Assembly (NCBI GenBank): GCA_028023455.1
Contig: JAQFVV010000002.1
Coordinates: forward strand, 8,804,001 to 8,868,000
Length of the DNA stretch: 64,000 nt
Direction of reading: 5' to 3'
From: Epiperipatus broadwayi
Taxonomy: Eukaryota; Animalia; Onychophora
Part shown: piece after piece, positions 13,079 through 24,600 of the stretch
Layout of the letters: each line of letters opens with the position of its first letter
Numbering within the stretch: position 1 is the first letter of the stretch
Notes under the pieces: model-generated
Told to the model about the DNA's origin: nothing
The model's input: the letters and a program-made list of their open reading frames with translations, nothing else
The model's database searches: none
Made by a program: the position numbers and the translations under genes

Positions 13079-16036
13079 TCAACCATTATCAATCCATTGC
13101 AGGATGAAGGTCTCTCCAAGTTTAATCCATCTTCTCCGATCTTTAGCTTCTCTTTTCCACAACACCCCTGCACATTTTCTTATTTCATCCATCCATCTCA
13201 CATGTGGTCTCTTTCTGGGTCTTTTACAATCTCTTGGAATCCAGTTTAAAATTTCAATTGTCCATCTATTATCATTTCTTCTAGCAATATGTCCAGCCCA
13301 ACTCCATTTCAATCTTTTAATTTTTTCAATAAGGTCAGTAACACCTGCTTGTTGTCTTACCCATACATTGCGTTTTCGATCTCTTCTTGTTACTCCCAAC
13401 ATACATCTCTCCATACTCCTTTGAGTGGTCTGAAGTCTCTGTATTGCTCTTCTATTAAGTGTCCAAGTCTCAGATCCATAAGTAAGAACTGGTAAAACAC
13501 ATTTGTTAAAAACCATTCTTTTCAAACACATAGGCATATTTCCTTTTAGTATCAAGTTATTTCTACCAAAAGCACTCCAACCAAGTTTAATTCTATGATT
13601 AATTTCCTCCATTATGTTTCCATCTGTATTAATAATCTGACCAAGGTATTTGTAACTGTTAACTTTTTCTAATTCTTCATAATCAATCTTTATTTTCATA
13701 TTTTGAGCAAATTGATTAAACATTACTTTAGTCTTTTTAACATTTATCTTTAGTCCTACTTTTCTACTTTCATCTGCTAACTCCTGCAACATTTCCTGCA
13801 GCTCTGAAGCATTATTTGCAAAAACAACTACATCATCTGCAAAATCTAAATGACTTAAATACTCTCCATTTACTTTCATTCCTTTAGTTTCCCATTTTAA
13901 TCCACAAAATACTTCTTGCAGCACTGCTGTAAAAAGTTTTGGAGATATGGAGTCACCTTGTCTTACACCTTTCTCAATGTTGATTTTTCCAGTATCATTA
14001 TGTAATCTAATTGTTGCTGTTGCATTTTTATAAATATTCTTTAAAATATGACAATATCCTGGATCTATACCTTGATGATCCAATGCTTTAATCACTGAAG
14101 AAATGTGTATAGAATCGAATGCCTTTTCATAATCTACAAATCCAAAACATAATGACAACTCATATTCATTTGTCCTTTCTATGACTTCTCTCAATACCTG
14201 GATATGATCTATTGTACTAAAACCACTTTTAAATCCAGCTTGTTCTCTTGGTTGGTGGAAATCCAAAGTTCTCTGTAGACGAGTTGTAATTATCTTGGTA
14301 AAAATTTTATATAAAACTGATAAAAGGCTGATAGGTCTGTAATTTCTAATATCTTCTTTATCACCTTTTTTAAATATTAATATTATTACTGCATTCTTCC
14401 AATCTTCTGGTACATCTTTATCATTTAGACATTTGGTATATAACTTTGCTAAAATTGTTTCTATTTCTTCACCTACTTCTTTTAATATATCAATTATAAT
14501 TCCATCATTTCCTGGAGCCTTTCCTTTCTTCATACATTTAATTGCATGTCTCACTTCTTCATTTAAAATTCTGGGCAATTCAGAAGATGTAATAGATATA
14601 GGAGGTACTTGTTCTTTATTACTATATAATTCTTGATAAAAATCTTCTACCAACTTCATGATGTCATCTCTCTTTTTAGTAATAATTCCATCTTTTTTTC
14701 TTATTGCAGATATAAATTTCCTACCAATACCAAAATGTTGTTTAACATTCTTGAGACTTTTATTTTCTTCTACAGCTTTCCTTGCTATTTCACAGTTATA
14801 CTTTCTTATATCATTTTCAACTCTTTTCCGTACCATTTTACAAAATTCGAGATATTCAATTCTTTTTAATACATCATTTTTGTATATCTTCATATTCCTT
14901 CTTTTCTTCATAAATTCTCTAGTCTCAGTAGAAATTTTATTAGTCAATTGCTGCTTTTTTCTACCAGCTATCTTTGTTGCAGTTTTTAAAAGTCTATCAG
15001 TTATTTTCATATTAATTTCATTCAAATCTGAATCATGTTCAAAATCTCCTAACACTTGAAACCTATTTGTAAGTTCTAATTTAAATTCATTAGAATGTTT
15101 CTGAAGATTAGGAATATCAACTGTAAATATTGTTTTTCTTAATAATTTTTGTCTCTCTAGTTTTACATTAACATGTAATTTACACCTTACTAATCGATGA
15201 TCACTTCCTGTGTTAAATTTATTAAGAACATTACAATCTTGAAATATGTATTTCCTGTTAGTCAAAATATAATCCAATTCTGCTGTACCTTCATTTGGAT
15301 GCTTCCATGTCCATTTCCTTTTAACATTTTTCTCAAAAAATGAATTCATAATATAAAGTTTTTCTTTTTCTGCAAACTCCACAAGTCTATGTCCTCTCTC
15401 ATTTCTATTACCATAACCAAAATTACCTACAGCAATTTCATCTTTCATTTGTCTACCAATTCTAGCATTAAAGTCTCCCATAACAATTTTAAAATGTTGT
15501 TTACTCTGATCAAAAGCCTTTTGTACATCCATATAAAAATCTTCTACTACTTCATCACTATGAGAACTTGTTGGGGCATAAACCTGAATTATCTGCATTT
15601 GGTATCTGCTATTAAGTTGTATAACTAATCTTGCAACTCTGTCCGATACACCATCAATCTCCACAATATTGTTCTTCCACTTTTTATTTATAATGAATCC
15701 TACTCCACTTGTATTTCCAATATGTGTGCCTTTATAATAGAGTATATGTCCACTTTTTAAATCAATTGTTTCTTCACCTTTTCTTCTAACTTCACAAAGT
15801 CCAATAATGTCCCATTTAATATAAGACAATTCTTCTTCTAATTCTTGCAATCTTCCTTCACTTGAAAGTGATCTGCAGTTGTAAGTACCTAAATAAAAAG
15901 TCATCATCAAATGGCAGCCTGGGTCCACAATCAGGGGATTCTTAGCACCCTCCACCTTCAGCCACCAACCGCTGCCTTGGTTGGTGACTTTACAGCCTCC
16001 TGGGAATAAGGGCCATGCTTTATTTTTGTCTGTCAT
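13079..16036 (-). CDS. RTE-type apurinic endonuclease-reverse transcriptase polyprotein (985 aa), intact
   Basis: APE motifs TYNCRSL, DIIGLCEVR, VYAPT, MGDFNA, LDYIL and SDHRLV. RT motifs KAPGND, NYRPISLLS, QAGF, VDYEKAFD, GVRQGDSISPKLF, FADD and YKYLG. RTE-type C-terminus LTYGSETW and WSWAGH...RKRPHVRW. Confidence 0.96.
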   Translation of the reverse strand: MTDKNKAWPLFPGGCKVTNQGSGWWLKVEGAKNPLIVDPGCHLMMTFYLGTYNCRSLSSEGRLQELEEELSYIKWDIIGLCEVRRKGEETIDLKSGHILYYKGTHIGNTSGVGFIINKKWKNNIVEIDGVSDRVARLVIQLNSRYQMQIIQVYAPTSSHSDEVVEDFYMDVQKAFDQSKQHFKIVMGDFNARIGRQMKDEIAVGNFGYGNRNERGHRLVEFAEKEKLYIMNSFFEKNVKRKWTWKHPNEGTAELDYILTNRKYIFQDCNVLNKFNTGSDHRLVRCKLHVNVKLERQKLLRKTIFTVDIPNLQKHSNEFKLELTNRFQVLGDFEHDSDLNEINMKITDRLLKTATKIAGRKKQQLTNKISTETREFMKKRRNMKIYKNDVLKRIEYLEFCKMVRKRVENDIRKYNCEIARKAVEENKSLKNVKQHFGIGRKFISAIRKKDGIITKKRDDIMKLVEDFYQELYSNKEQVPPISITSSELPRILNEEVRHAIKCMKKGKAPGNDGIIIDILKEVGEEIETILAKLYTKCLNDKDVPEDWKNAVIILIFKKGDKEDIRNYRPISLLSVLYKIFTKIITTRLQRTLDFHQPREQAGFKSGFSTIDHIQVLREVIERTNEYELSLCFGFVDYEKAFDSIHISSVIKALDHQGIDPGYCHILKNIYKNATATIRLHNDTGKINIEKGVRQGDSISPKLFTAVLQEVFCGLKWETKGMKVNGEYLSHLDFADDVVVFANNASELQEMLQELADESRKVGLKINVKKTKVMFNQFAQNMKIKIDYEELEKVNSYKYLGQIINTDGNIMEEINHRIKLGWSAFGRNNLILKGNMPMCLKRMVFNKCVLPVLTYGSETWTLNRRAIQRLQTTQRSMERCMLGVTRRDRKRNVWVRQQAGVTDLIEKIKRLKWSWAGHIARRNDNRWTIEILNWIPRDCKRPRKRPHVRWMDEIRKCAGVLWKREAKDRRRWIKLGETFILQWIDNG

Positions 16037-16196
16037 AATTGTATATATGTATTGGAAAAATATTTATCATTTACACAAACATTCATTCTGCCTTATCAGG
16101 CACTGAGAAGAAAGACCATGGTGTTTCTTGATCTTAAACTCAGAGGTAAAAAGCCAATAAACTCACCATGCTGGCTAATGCGTGTTGGTGAGCAGC

Positions 16197-16362
16197 CCAT
16201 CCATGTTCGTATACTATATGAATAATCACATAGTAATAACAGCTGCAACGACAAGAACGTATGGAATGGACATTAGGAATTTGCCCTGCTCGGTTCCTTT
16301 AAGGCCTCCAAGAGGAATCAAAGGGTCTCCTTTCAGTTAATAGCAAACTCCTTTCTGCAGCC
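16197..16362 (-). ncRNA. HDV/CPEB3-like self-cleaving ribozyme at the RTE 5' end
   Basis: On the - strand: P1 GGCTGCA/TGCAGCT with G1.U wobble; P3 ACG/CGT around L3 TTCTTGT; GT junction; P4 TACTATGTGA-TTAT-TCATATAGTA; J4/2 CGAA (catalytic C at 16209); P2 CCAT(T)CCAT/ATGGATGG. G1 is the first base inside the TSD. Confidence 0.82.
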
Positions 16363-16774
16363 TTATGTGCTATAATACAATATATATATATATATATTAT
16401 AAAACAATAATTGTATAAAATACTTGAATTCCTTTATATTTATGGAATAAGATAAAGTTGATTTTAACAAACGAAAGCAATATTTAATCACATGGTGTAT
16501 CTTTAATAGATAGCATCTTAGGACATATTATAATACCATTGATTGCAAGAGAAAAAAAGACAAAATTATTATATTTGTTTTCTTTTCCTTAATGCACATA
16601 TGTAAATATATGAATATATATAACTTCGCATACCAAAAAATATAACCTTCATATAATTTCTATTACTATCCTATATATGTGAATATAAAACTCTGTATAA
16701 TAGTCATTCAATTCCTTTGAAACATAATAATAATAATTTATTTATTTTATCAAACAAATAATATATATCTATAT

Positions 16775-17801
16775 CACATCATTTTAACTATTATCAATCC
16801 ACTACAGGATGGATATTTCTTCAAATTCAATCCATCTCCATTCTCTTGCCTCTCTTCTCTATATCATCCCTGCACACTTTAATATTTCATTTATCCATCT
16901 CATATATGATCTCTTTCTAGTCTTTTACAGTCTATTCCAAACAATCTGTCCAGCTCAACTCCACTTTAGTCTCTTAATTTTTTCAACAATGTATTTTACT
17001 CCTGTTTGCTTTCTTAGCCATGTATTTTATTTTTGATATCTTCTTGTTACTTCTAATATGCATCTCTCCATACTTCTTTGAGTGATCTAATGTCTCTGTA
17101 TTGCTCTTCTGTTAAGTGTCCAAGTCTCAGATCAATAAGTAAGGAATGATAAAACATATTTAAAAATTTCCTTTTTAAACACATAGACATATTTTTTATA
17201 ATATTAAATTATTTCTACCAAAAACAATCCAACCAAGTTTAATTCTATGATTAATTTCATCCATTATGTTTCCTCTGTAGTAATAATCTAACCAAGGTAT
17301 TTGTAGTTTTAAATTCTAACTCATCATTATCAACATTTACTTTCAACTTTTGAAAAATTTATTGAACATTACTTTAGTCTTTTTAACCTTTACCTTTAAT
17401 CCTACTTTATTACTTTTATTTGACAATTCTTGTAACATTTCCTGAAGCTCTGAAGCATTATTTGTAAAAACAATATCTGAAAAATCTAAATAACTATGTT
17501 TGACTTCATCTCCATTTACTTTTACAGTGTTGTAAAATGTTTTGGAGATATGGAGTCACTCTGTCATATAACCATCTCAGTGTTAATCTTTCTAGTATCA
17601 TTATGTAATTTCATTGTTGCCGTTGCATTTTTGTAAATATTCTTTAGAATATCATGTGTCTCTACCTTGATGATCCAATGCTTTAATCACTGAAGAAATC
17701 AAATATTTTTTCATAATCTACAAATCCAAAGCATGTTTTTTTTTTATAACTCCTCTCAATACTGGGATATGATCCACTGTACTAAAACCATTTTTAAATC
17801 C
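16775..17801 (-). pseudogene. 5'-truncated, decayed RTE copy related to the intact element
   Basis: Colinear similarity to the 3' third of 13074-16362 (e.g. AAGTGTCCAAGTCTCAGAT, CCAACCAAGTTTAATTCTATGATTAATTTC and TTTGGAGATATGGAGTCAC), with deletions and frameshifts. Confidence 0.85.
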
Positions 17802-20800
17802 ATATATATGTACACATACATGCATATAAGAGAGAATAACTAACTCCAAACAAACAGAACTTGTGTGAGGAGTTAATCATAAGAGTCATTATATTAATTA
17901 TAATATATATATAATAAGAATATACAATAAATTTCTAAACAAAAAAAAATTATACAGAAAAAAACTTTACAGAGATTAATACAAAAAATTTAAATATAGG
18001 GAATAGATATAAAAATTAATTACACATATACAAAAAAAATGTTTACACATTAATCAAGTTCAATACATACAACTATTAAAACAATAATAATATTAGTAGT
18101 AATGATAATAATAATAATAACGAAAACAATAATATTTACAGATAATTAACTAACCAACATTTCAAACATTTTTTGAATATATAAAAAGGTAAGTAGTCAA
18201 CATCTAGTGAGTAATCAGTAACAAAAGAAACAGATTATTATAACTAAATTGTCTACAACTACTTTCTAAATAAAAATCTGGCAATGTCAATTGAAAATTC
18301 TTGGCTATAAATGGGTATTTATAACTGGCATAATAAGGAATGACAATATCAATAATAATTCTACATTTGTATAGTTTAAGAACAGACAACACACAAGAAT
18401 TAACATAGATATACAAAGAAGTCAATCTAGGTTTACTAAAAATAATGCGCATGATGTAATTTTATAAAGTACATAATGAGAATAGTCAGTAATCAGTACA
18501 ATCATATGAAAATGCATTTTGTACCTGTATTTGTGGTGAGTATTAAAATTATTGTGATAGAGATTTTAAATATTAATGAATGAATGTTCTGAAATTGAGG
18601 GCAATATTATCAATTTATATATATTCGTATCCATAGCTTCATTCAAGATGGAATCAATATTGTTTATTTGAAAAGACATGGTGTTATTAACACTATTATA
18701 CATCAATGACATTGAATCTAAATTAGTAATTGGCTCAATTAAATATATTAGCTGTATCAAAATCATATGGATTAGTAGAAATTACATGATGAATATCTTT
18801 ATCTACATTTTTGACTATGTTTAAGAGCAAATTAATATTCATTAGTATGTGAAAAAATGGGATAAATGCAAGGAGACAAGCCACAAGAAGTAGCAGAACA
18901 ATCTATTGTATGAAGATTAGAGAATGTGGAAAGTATAGACTCTGAGAATGCATCAGACTCAGTACCAGGGATTCTTTTTCAAATGAGATGTTATTGCAAT
19001 CATAACAATTATAAAAACCAGGTCTTAAATTTAAAATAAATAAAAGCATCCTCTTTAGATAATTTTACCCAAGATAATTTCAAGGGATGGATCAGGTGTA
19101 GTTTTGGACCAAAAGTGACAAAGAATTAGTATCATACCAGAAACTTGATTAAATAAATTATTAATAGATAAAATGATAGAAGGACTAGATTGATTAAATT
19201 CAGAAAATGAACTATGCAACTCATTAGAAATGAAGGTATTTTGATTCACATACAAAGTCAGTACCAGAAATTGTATTATTATTATTAGCAATATATCTTA
19301 TTCGATACCAATCCTTAACAATTTAAGTGATATTTTAGACATCAGAATTCTTGACATTTTAAAACTTTTTGTCTACAGCATACATTATATATACATATTG
19401 GGCAAAGAATAGATTACCCGATGTCATTTAAATCTTTTTATAAAAGGTGAGGCACACAAACAGAAGCAATAATGAATTTATATACATTAATCCTATATTT
19501 ATCTAGTATGTAAAACATATATAACAAAAAACTAGAGATAATGATAATTAAATCATTAATAAATGTGTTATTAAAACCATGCTTAGATGTAAAAAAATAT
19601 GTGTAATACATTAAAAAATATTATACAGTATAGCTAAAAGTAATGTAAAATAACACCAACAAAAAATACAAAATTTCATATTATCTGTGCATGTATATAT
19701 AGATAATAATATTATAAGTGAATTCTGGATCCAATTTTAAAATAATTAAGTTATAAAATGTAAGTTCATTAATAATTATTTCAACTTTTTAAAGCAATAG
19801 AGTTTAAAATAATTTAGAGATATCATTTAATGTCTGATGGTTTATTTATAATTGTCATTACCTTTTAAACCCTCAGTATTAGAAATCTATTTGATAATTG
19901 ACAAATTACTTGCTAAAGAAGAAAAGATGAATCCGTTTGGCAGAGTTAAAAAGTTTTTATCTTTAAATCATTACCTAAAGAATCCTTAATTAAAAATTTG
20001 GATAAAAAAATTACTGAGAAGGCAAAATAAAAGTTAGGAAATTAGTCCTATTTAAGACCAAATCATCCCCCCCCCCCCAATTTATTAGTAAAGACTTCAA
20101 TACAAAAAAAATAATTAAATAGCAAGAACAAAGCAATTCTATAAATATCCAGATATTTTTATAATTTACAAAATGTAACAATTCAGATATAAATATTTTC
20201 ATTATAGAGAAAGAAGTATAGGCTAGTTGTCTTTTCATATTGGACTATTTTCATCATCTAATATGTGTATTGAACGTCTTTAGAAAAATTTAACATTATT
20301 TAAATATTTCAAATACATTTAACTGTTAGTAATAGCACATCAAAGAGGTTAGTATATGCACAACATTTCGAGAGGTATTTTTTCTCCCCTCTTCTTCAGG
20401 CATTCTTTTAGTTTAGTCAGTTACCAATGCTGAAAATAGGCATATTGCTACCAAATCAATTAAACCACACTGTAAAATGGATATTTTCTACATAAATGTT
20501 AATATCTAGTAGAAGCTAATTCTAATAGGACAGTCGCTATTCAATATCAAATTAAGTTAAGTTTACATGCTAGATTTCACAAGACCATGATGTTTAAAAA
20601 ACACTAGAAACCTTTAATTTTTTACTGACACTAACAAGATTTGTTCATTTCAGTCATTATAATAATAATTCAATGTATTTAAATCAATGTATTCTGCAGG
20701 CATAAAGCAAAAGAACCTAATTACAGCACACAATATTAACAATAAAGAAAAACAATAAAAACAATATATATATAATGTCAGAAGTATATTACAGTTGTTT

Positions 20801-21499
20801 ATATATATTGATTATACTTTTTATTTCATTTAGAGTTAAATGATGAATATCAGCATGGCTATAATAGGCATTAAAGAATCTTGGATGTCTAAATAATAAT
20901 TAGTTCAAAATTTTGCAATGTAAAAAATCTCATGTCAGGAACACTATAATAAATTTCACTAATGCAGTTTGCTATGTTGATTTGTCAAAAATAAAAATAT
21001 TAAGATTTCTTAATAACTTTAAGGAAACAAGAGAAGAGTTATGTACTACCCTAAATTTTGTATTACTGCATTCAAAGCTTTACAGTGTGAGCTGCAAATA
21101 ATTCCATAGCATTATAAGCCAATTATGGATTTCACATAAATTAGTAAAATAGTATATATAAGTTTATAAAAATATATAAATTACAAATATGGAAAAAAAA
21201 AACATAAATGATACCATTATAATAAATTATAGATTATACTTTTTAACAAGAACCATATAACTAATCATTTAGAGTGAAATAATCTTTATTATAAGACTCC
21301 AATAATTAAAACATTGGAGAAGACCTGAAGTTCTAGTTTTATATTCTGCTGATTTAAATAAAATATTTGTTATCAGATTATGGTAAAAAAAAATTTAATT
21401 AAAATTTTACATAAAAATTTAAATCTCTTCTCTTACATATCTATATATTTTTTCTTCCAATGATTGAATTTTAATAACATCTCTTTTTGAATATGGACT

Positions 21500-24400
21500 T
21501 TAAACAACAGATCCACATTCAATAAGAGGTCAAAAGCTGTGAGCAATTTATATTTTATTTAATAAACAATCTGCCATATCTAAAAATCATTCCCATAATT
21601 TTAAGAGCTCTGCTAATTATGGATTCAACATGCAATAAAAAGATCCATTATTTGTAAATAGAATACCCAGATCTTTTTGAAAAATGTTACATTTATTTTA
21701 TAAGTTTTAATATAAAAAATATCTATATATTCAAACTTGTTAGAATATGAGACCACCAAATATTTGTCCATATTAATCAAATTATTTTTTTACTACACCA
21801 AACTATAAAATTATTAATATTATTTTGTAGAGTAATTTGATCTTTTAATGTATTTATATGTTTTAAAATCTTATAGTCATTAGCATAGCATAATAAATAT
21901 AAGAATTTAAGATAATCCTTAACATTATCTATGTATATGTTGAATAATAGAGAAGCCAGAATTCTATTTTGAGGTACAATTATTTTAAAAAAAAAAGATT
22001 TTATTATTATTAACAAATAGCTTCATACCTTTAATAAATGTACTAAACCATTTAATAAACCCCACAGAGAAACCTAAACTGTAAAGTTTTTGAAGAAGAA
22101 TATTATGATTTATTCTGTCAAAAAGCTTAAATATATCAAAATAAATTACATCTAATCTCTGTCTATCTTTTATAGGATGAGCAATATGATCAAACATAAT
22201 GATGAAATTAGTTTCAATTGACCTGTTTGGCAAAAAAAAACAAACATGCTGATCAGAAGTTAAATAGTTACTGATATTATCTATAATTTTATTGTATATA
22301 CATCTTTCACAAAATTTGCACAGTATATGGGACTTAAATAAGTCTAAATTATTTATACATTCCTTAGAACCATATTTATGAATTGCAATGACCTTAATAC
22401 ATTTGGTAACTTCAGGAAAAATGCAATTGTGTATAGAACAATTAAAGATATAGCATAAAGGGTTAGCAATAAACTTGGCAAAATACTTATAAATGAATGA
22501 GAGTATGCTATCTGGTCCCAAATTAGTGTTCAATTTTAGCTTTCTTATTGATGCTATAATATGTTTATTATTAAAACCGATACTGGTTGATTAGGCATGC
22601 ACACTGCTTGATGGTATTGCTTATGTGCTAAAACACATAAAAAGCCATTTACCAGCCCAACTTTTCATTGCGAAACATTATTTTCTAAAATGGAATAATT
22701 ATATTTTTAAATTACATTATACATTTCAGTATGTGATGACATTTTCCAAACTAGTTTTAAACAATTTACAAACCAATATTATTTTCTAAAATGGAATACT
22801 TACAGTTTTAAATTATATTATAAATGTCAGCATGTAGTGCTGGAATGTGCAGGACTGGGGACTGATGATTTTGACAATCCAAAGGATCGTCCAAAAGATG
22901 CAGTATTCTGATCAAACCAACATTACAATTTTCCAAAACAATGTGCAATTTTAGTTGTCTCATAGCTGCTCTTTATCTGAAAAAAAAAGACATTATTATA
23001 AACATTACGGGCAGACATTCTGCAAAGTATTTGTAAACAATTTACGAACCAACATTATTTTATAAATGTAAGAATTAAATTTTTCGGAAATTGAATAATT
23101 ACATTTTAAAATTATATTATAATGTGCAGGGCCAGGGACCGATGTTTTTGATGATCTTCAGGATCATTCAAAAGATGCAGTAGTGTGATCAAACCAAGAT
23201 TCTGGTTTTCAAAACAATGTGCAACCTGTCATCTAATTTGTGTCATAGCTGTCATGCCTTTTCACATGAATTATGTGACATTGTTCTTGTCTCTACACTT
23301 TTGCAATTTTTTCACTTTCCAAACTGTGTAAGAAAGAACTGTAACAGGCTTACAATTATTAGTATGTAATACTATGTCAGGTAGGGTGTAAGATCATTAG
23401 TTTGAATGCAGAGTACAAGAGTTGTGGTCAGTTGAATTCCATACACTCTCACATATGGTAGTGATCTGTGAAATGTGTGCATTTGCATAGTGTCATGAAG
23501 CACATCAGTGGGCCGTAATATTTGTGTGCAACACAATATAGGCCTGCAACAGCTAATATGAACATTACTGTTCTGTAGGCTATAAACTTCAGGCTGCATA
23601 AACTACATTTTTATGTGTTTTAGCACATAAACAATGTCATCAAGTAGCATGCATATCTAATCAACCAGTACCTTAAAACCAATTGAAATTTTGTCATAAG
23701 GTTTGTCTAAAAATATAAAGGGCTTTGATTAATTATCAACATCCCTATATAGGTGTGAAAAAATCTTCAGCAGAAAATGCTGAATTACAAGCAGCTTCAA
23801 CTTTATTCTTATCAATTTCAGAATCTTTAGCAAAAAGCCAGAATTCTCCTGGATTTATAGAGATATTATTCTTCATATTTTTCATATGATTTAAAAACTC
23901 TTTCCTATATAAAACCTTTGCTAATCTTCTACCATTGATAACTTTATTATAATGTAGAATGTTACTAGTTTTTCTATAATGTTTATGATGATATATTTTT
24001 CTTTTAATAATTTTCTTTAAGGAAGAAAAGATACAGTATGGAAAATCATGATAAGATACACATTTAATGTGAATGTACAAGTTGATTAAGTTATTGAGAA
24101 CAGACATAAAATAATATAAATTAGATTTAACATCTTTAGATGAAGCTATATATATGATTCAAATTACATTTGGAAATATGCTCACAAAAATTATTGTAAT
24201 TTTTTTTTTAATAATCTCTTTTCATTTTATGAGGTAATGTTTGTATGTACTTTAATATAAAATTCAATTGGAAGGTGATGTGTATCAATTTTGAATGCTG
24301 CAGAGGAAGAATGTGATCAAGGTGAGACAAATTATGTAGAATGTAATCCAAAGTATATCCATGAGCATTACAAAAGGAATTAAATTGTCTAAGTTCTAAT

Positions 24401-24600
24401 AAATGATAAAACTGCAACATTCTATTGGCCTTAGAAGACCATGAGGTGCACTGAGAAATAGCATCATCAAGAAATAGTTCAGGGAAATTAAAGTCACCAG
24501 TAATAATGATATTTTTAACATATGTAATTAACAAATTTTCAAATGAAGGTAAAAATAATATCCAGCTCATAAGTGAATGTATTTGTCTAATATATACATT
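21500..24600 (-). pseudogene. Decayed Jockey/CR1-like LINE ORF2 split by a TIR element
   Basis: APE fragment ITGDFNFP...TLDYIL (24208-24570); RT fragments GPDSI, RLDVIYFDIFKLFDRINH (21985-22533); VPQNRILASLLFNIYI and CYANDYK (21777-22016). Confidence 0.75.
22579..23672. mobile_element. Non-autonomous DNA transposon (1094 bp) with ~70-bp imperfect TIRs and 8-bp TSD
   Basis: Left end GATACTGGTTGATTAGGCATGC...GTGCTAAAACACATAAAAA is the reverse complement of right end ...GTGTTTTAGCAC...CTAATCAACCAGTACC. TTAAAACC lies at 22571-22578 and 23673-23680. Internal direct repeats are present. Confidence 0.8.

Larger units (their letters stand above)
13074..16362 (-). mobile_element. Full-length RTE-clade non-LTR retrotransposon (3289 bp)
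   Basis: Flanked by the 11-bp TSD TTATGTGCTAT (13063-13073 and 16363-16373). It has a short (GAT)n 3' tail, a single APE-RT ORF and a ~326-nt 5' UTR. Confidence 0.95.

Noticed and set aside
13028-15628. Several + strand ORFs overlapping the RTE ORF
   Set aside because: Antisense shadows of the intact RT frame, with no recognisable domains.
22862-22910. CTGATGA followed by a stem-like segment
   Set aside because: No GAAA or cleavage triplet in register, so it is not a hammerhead.
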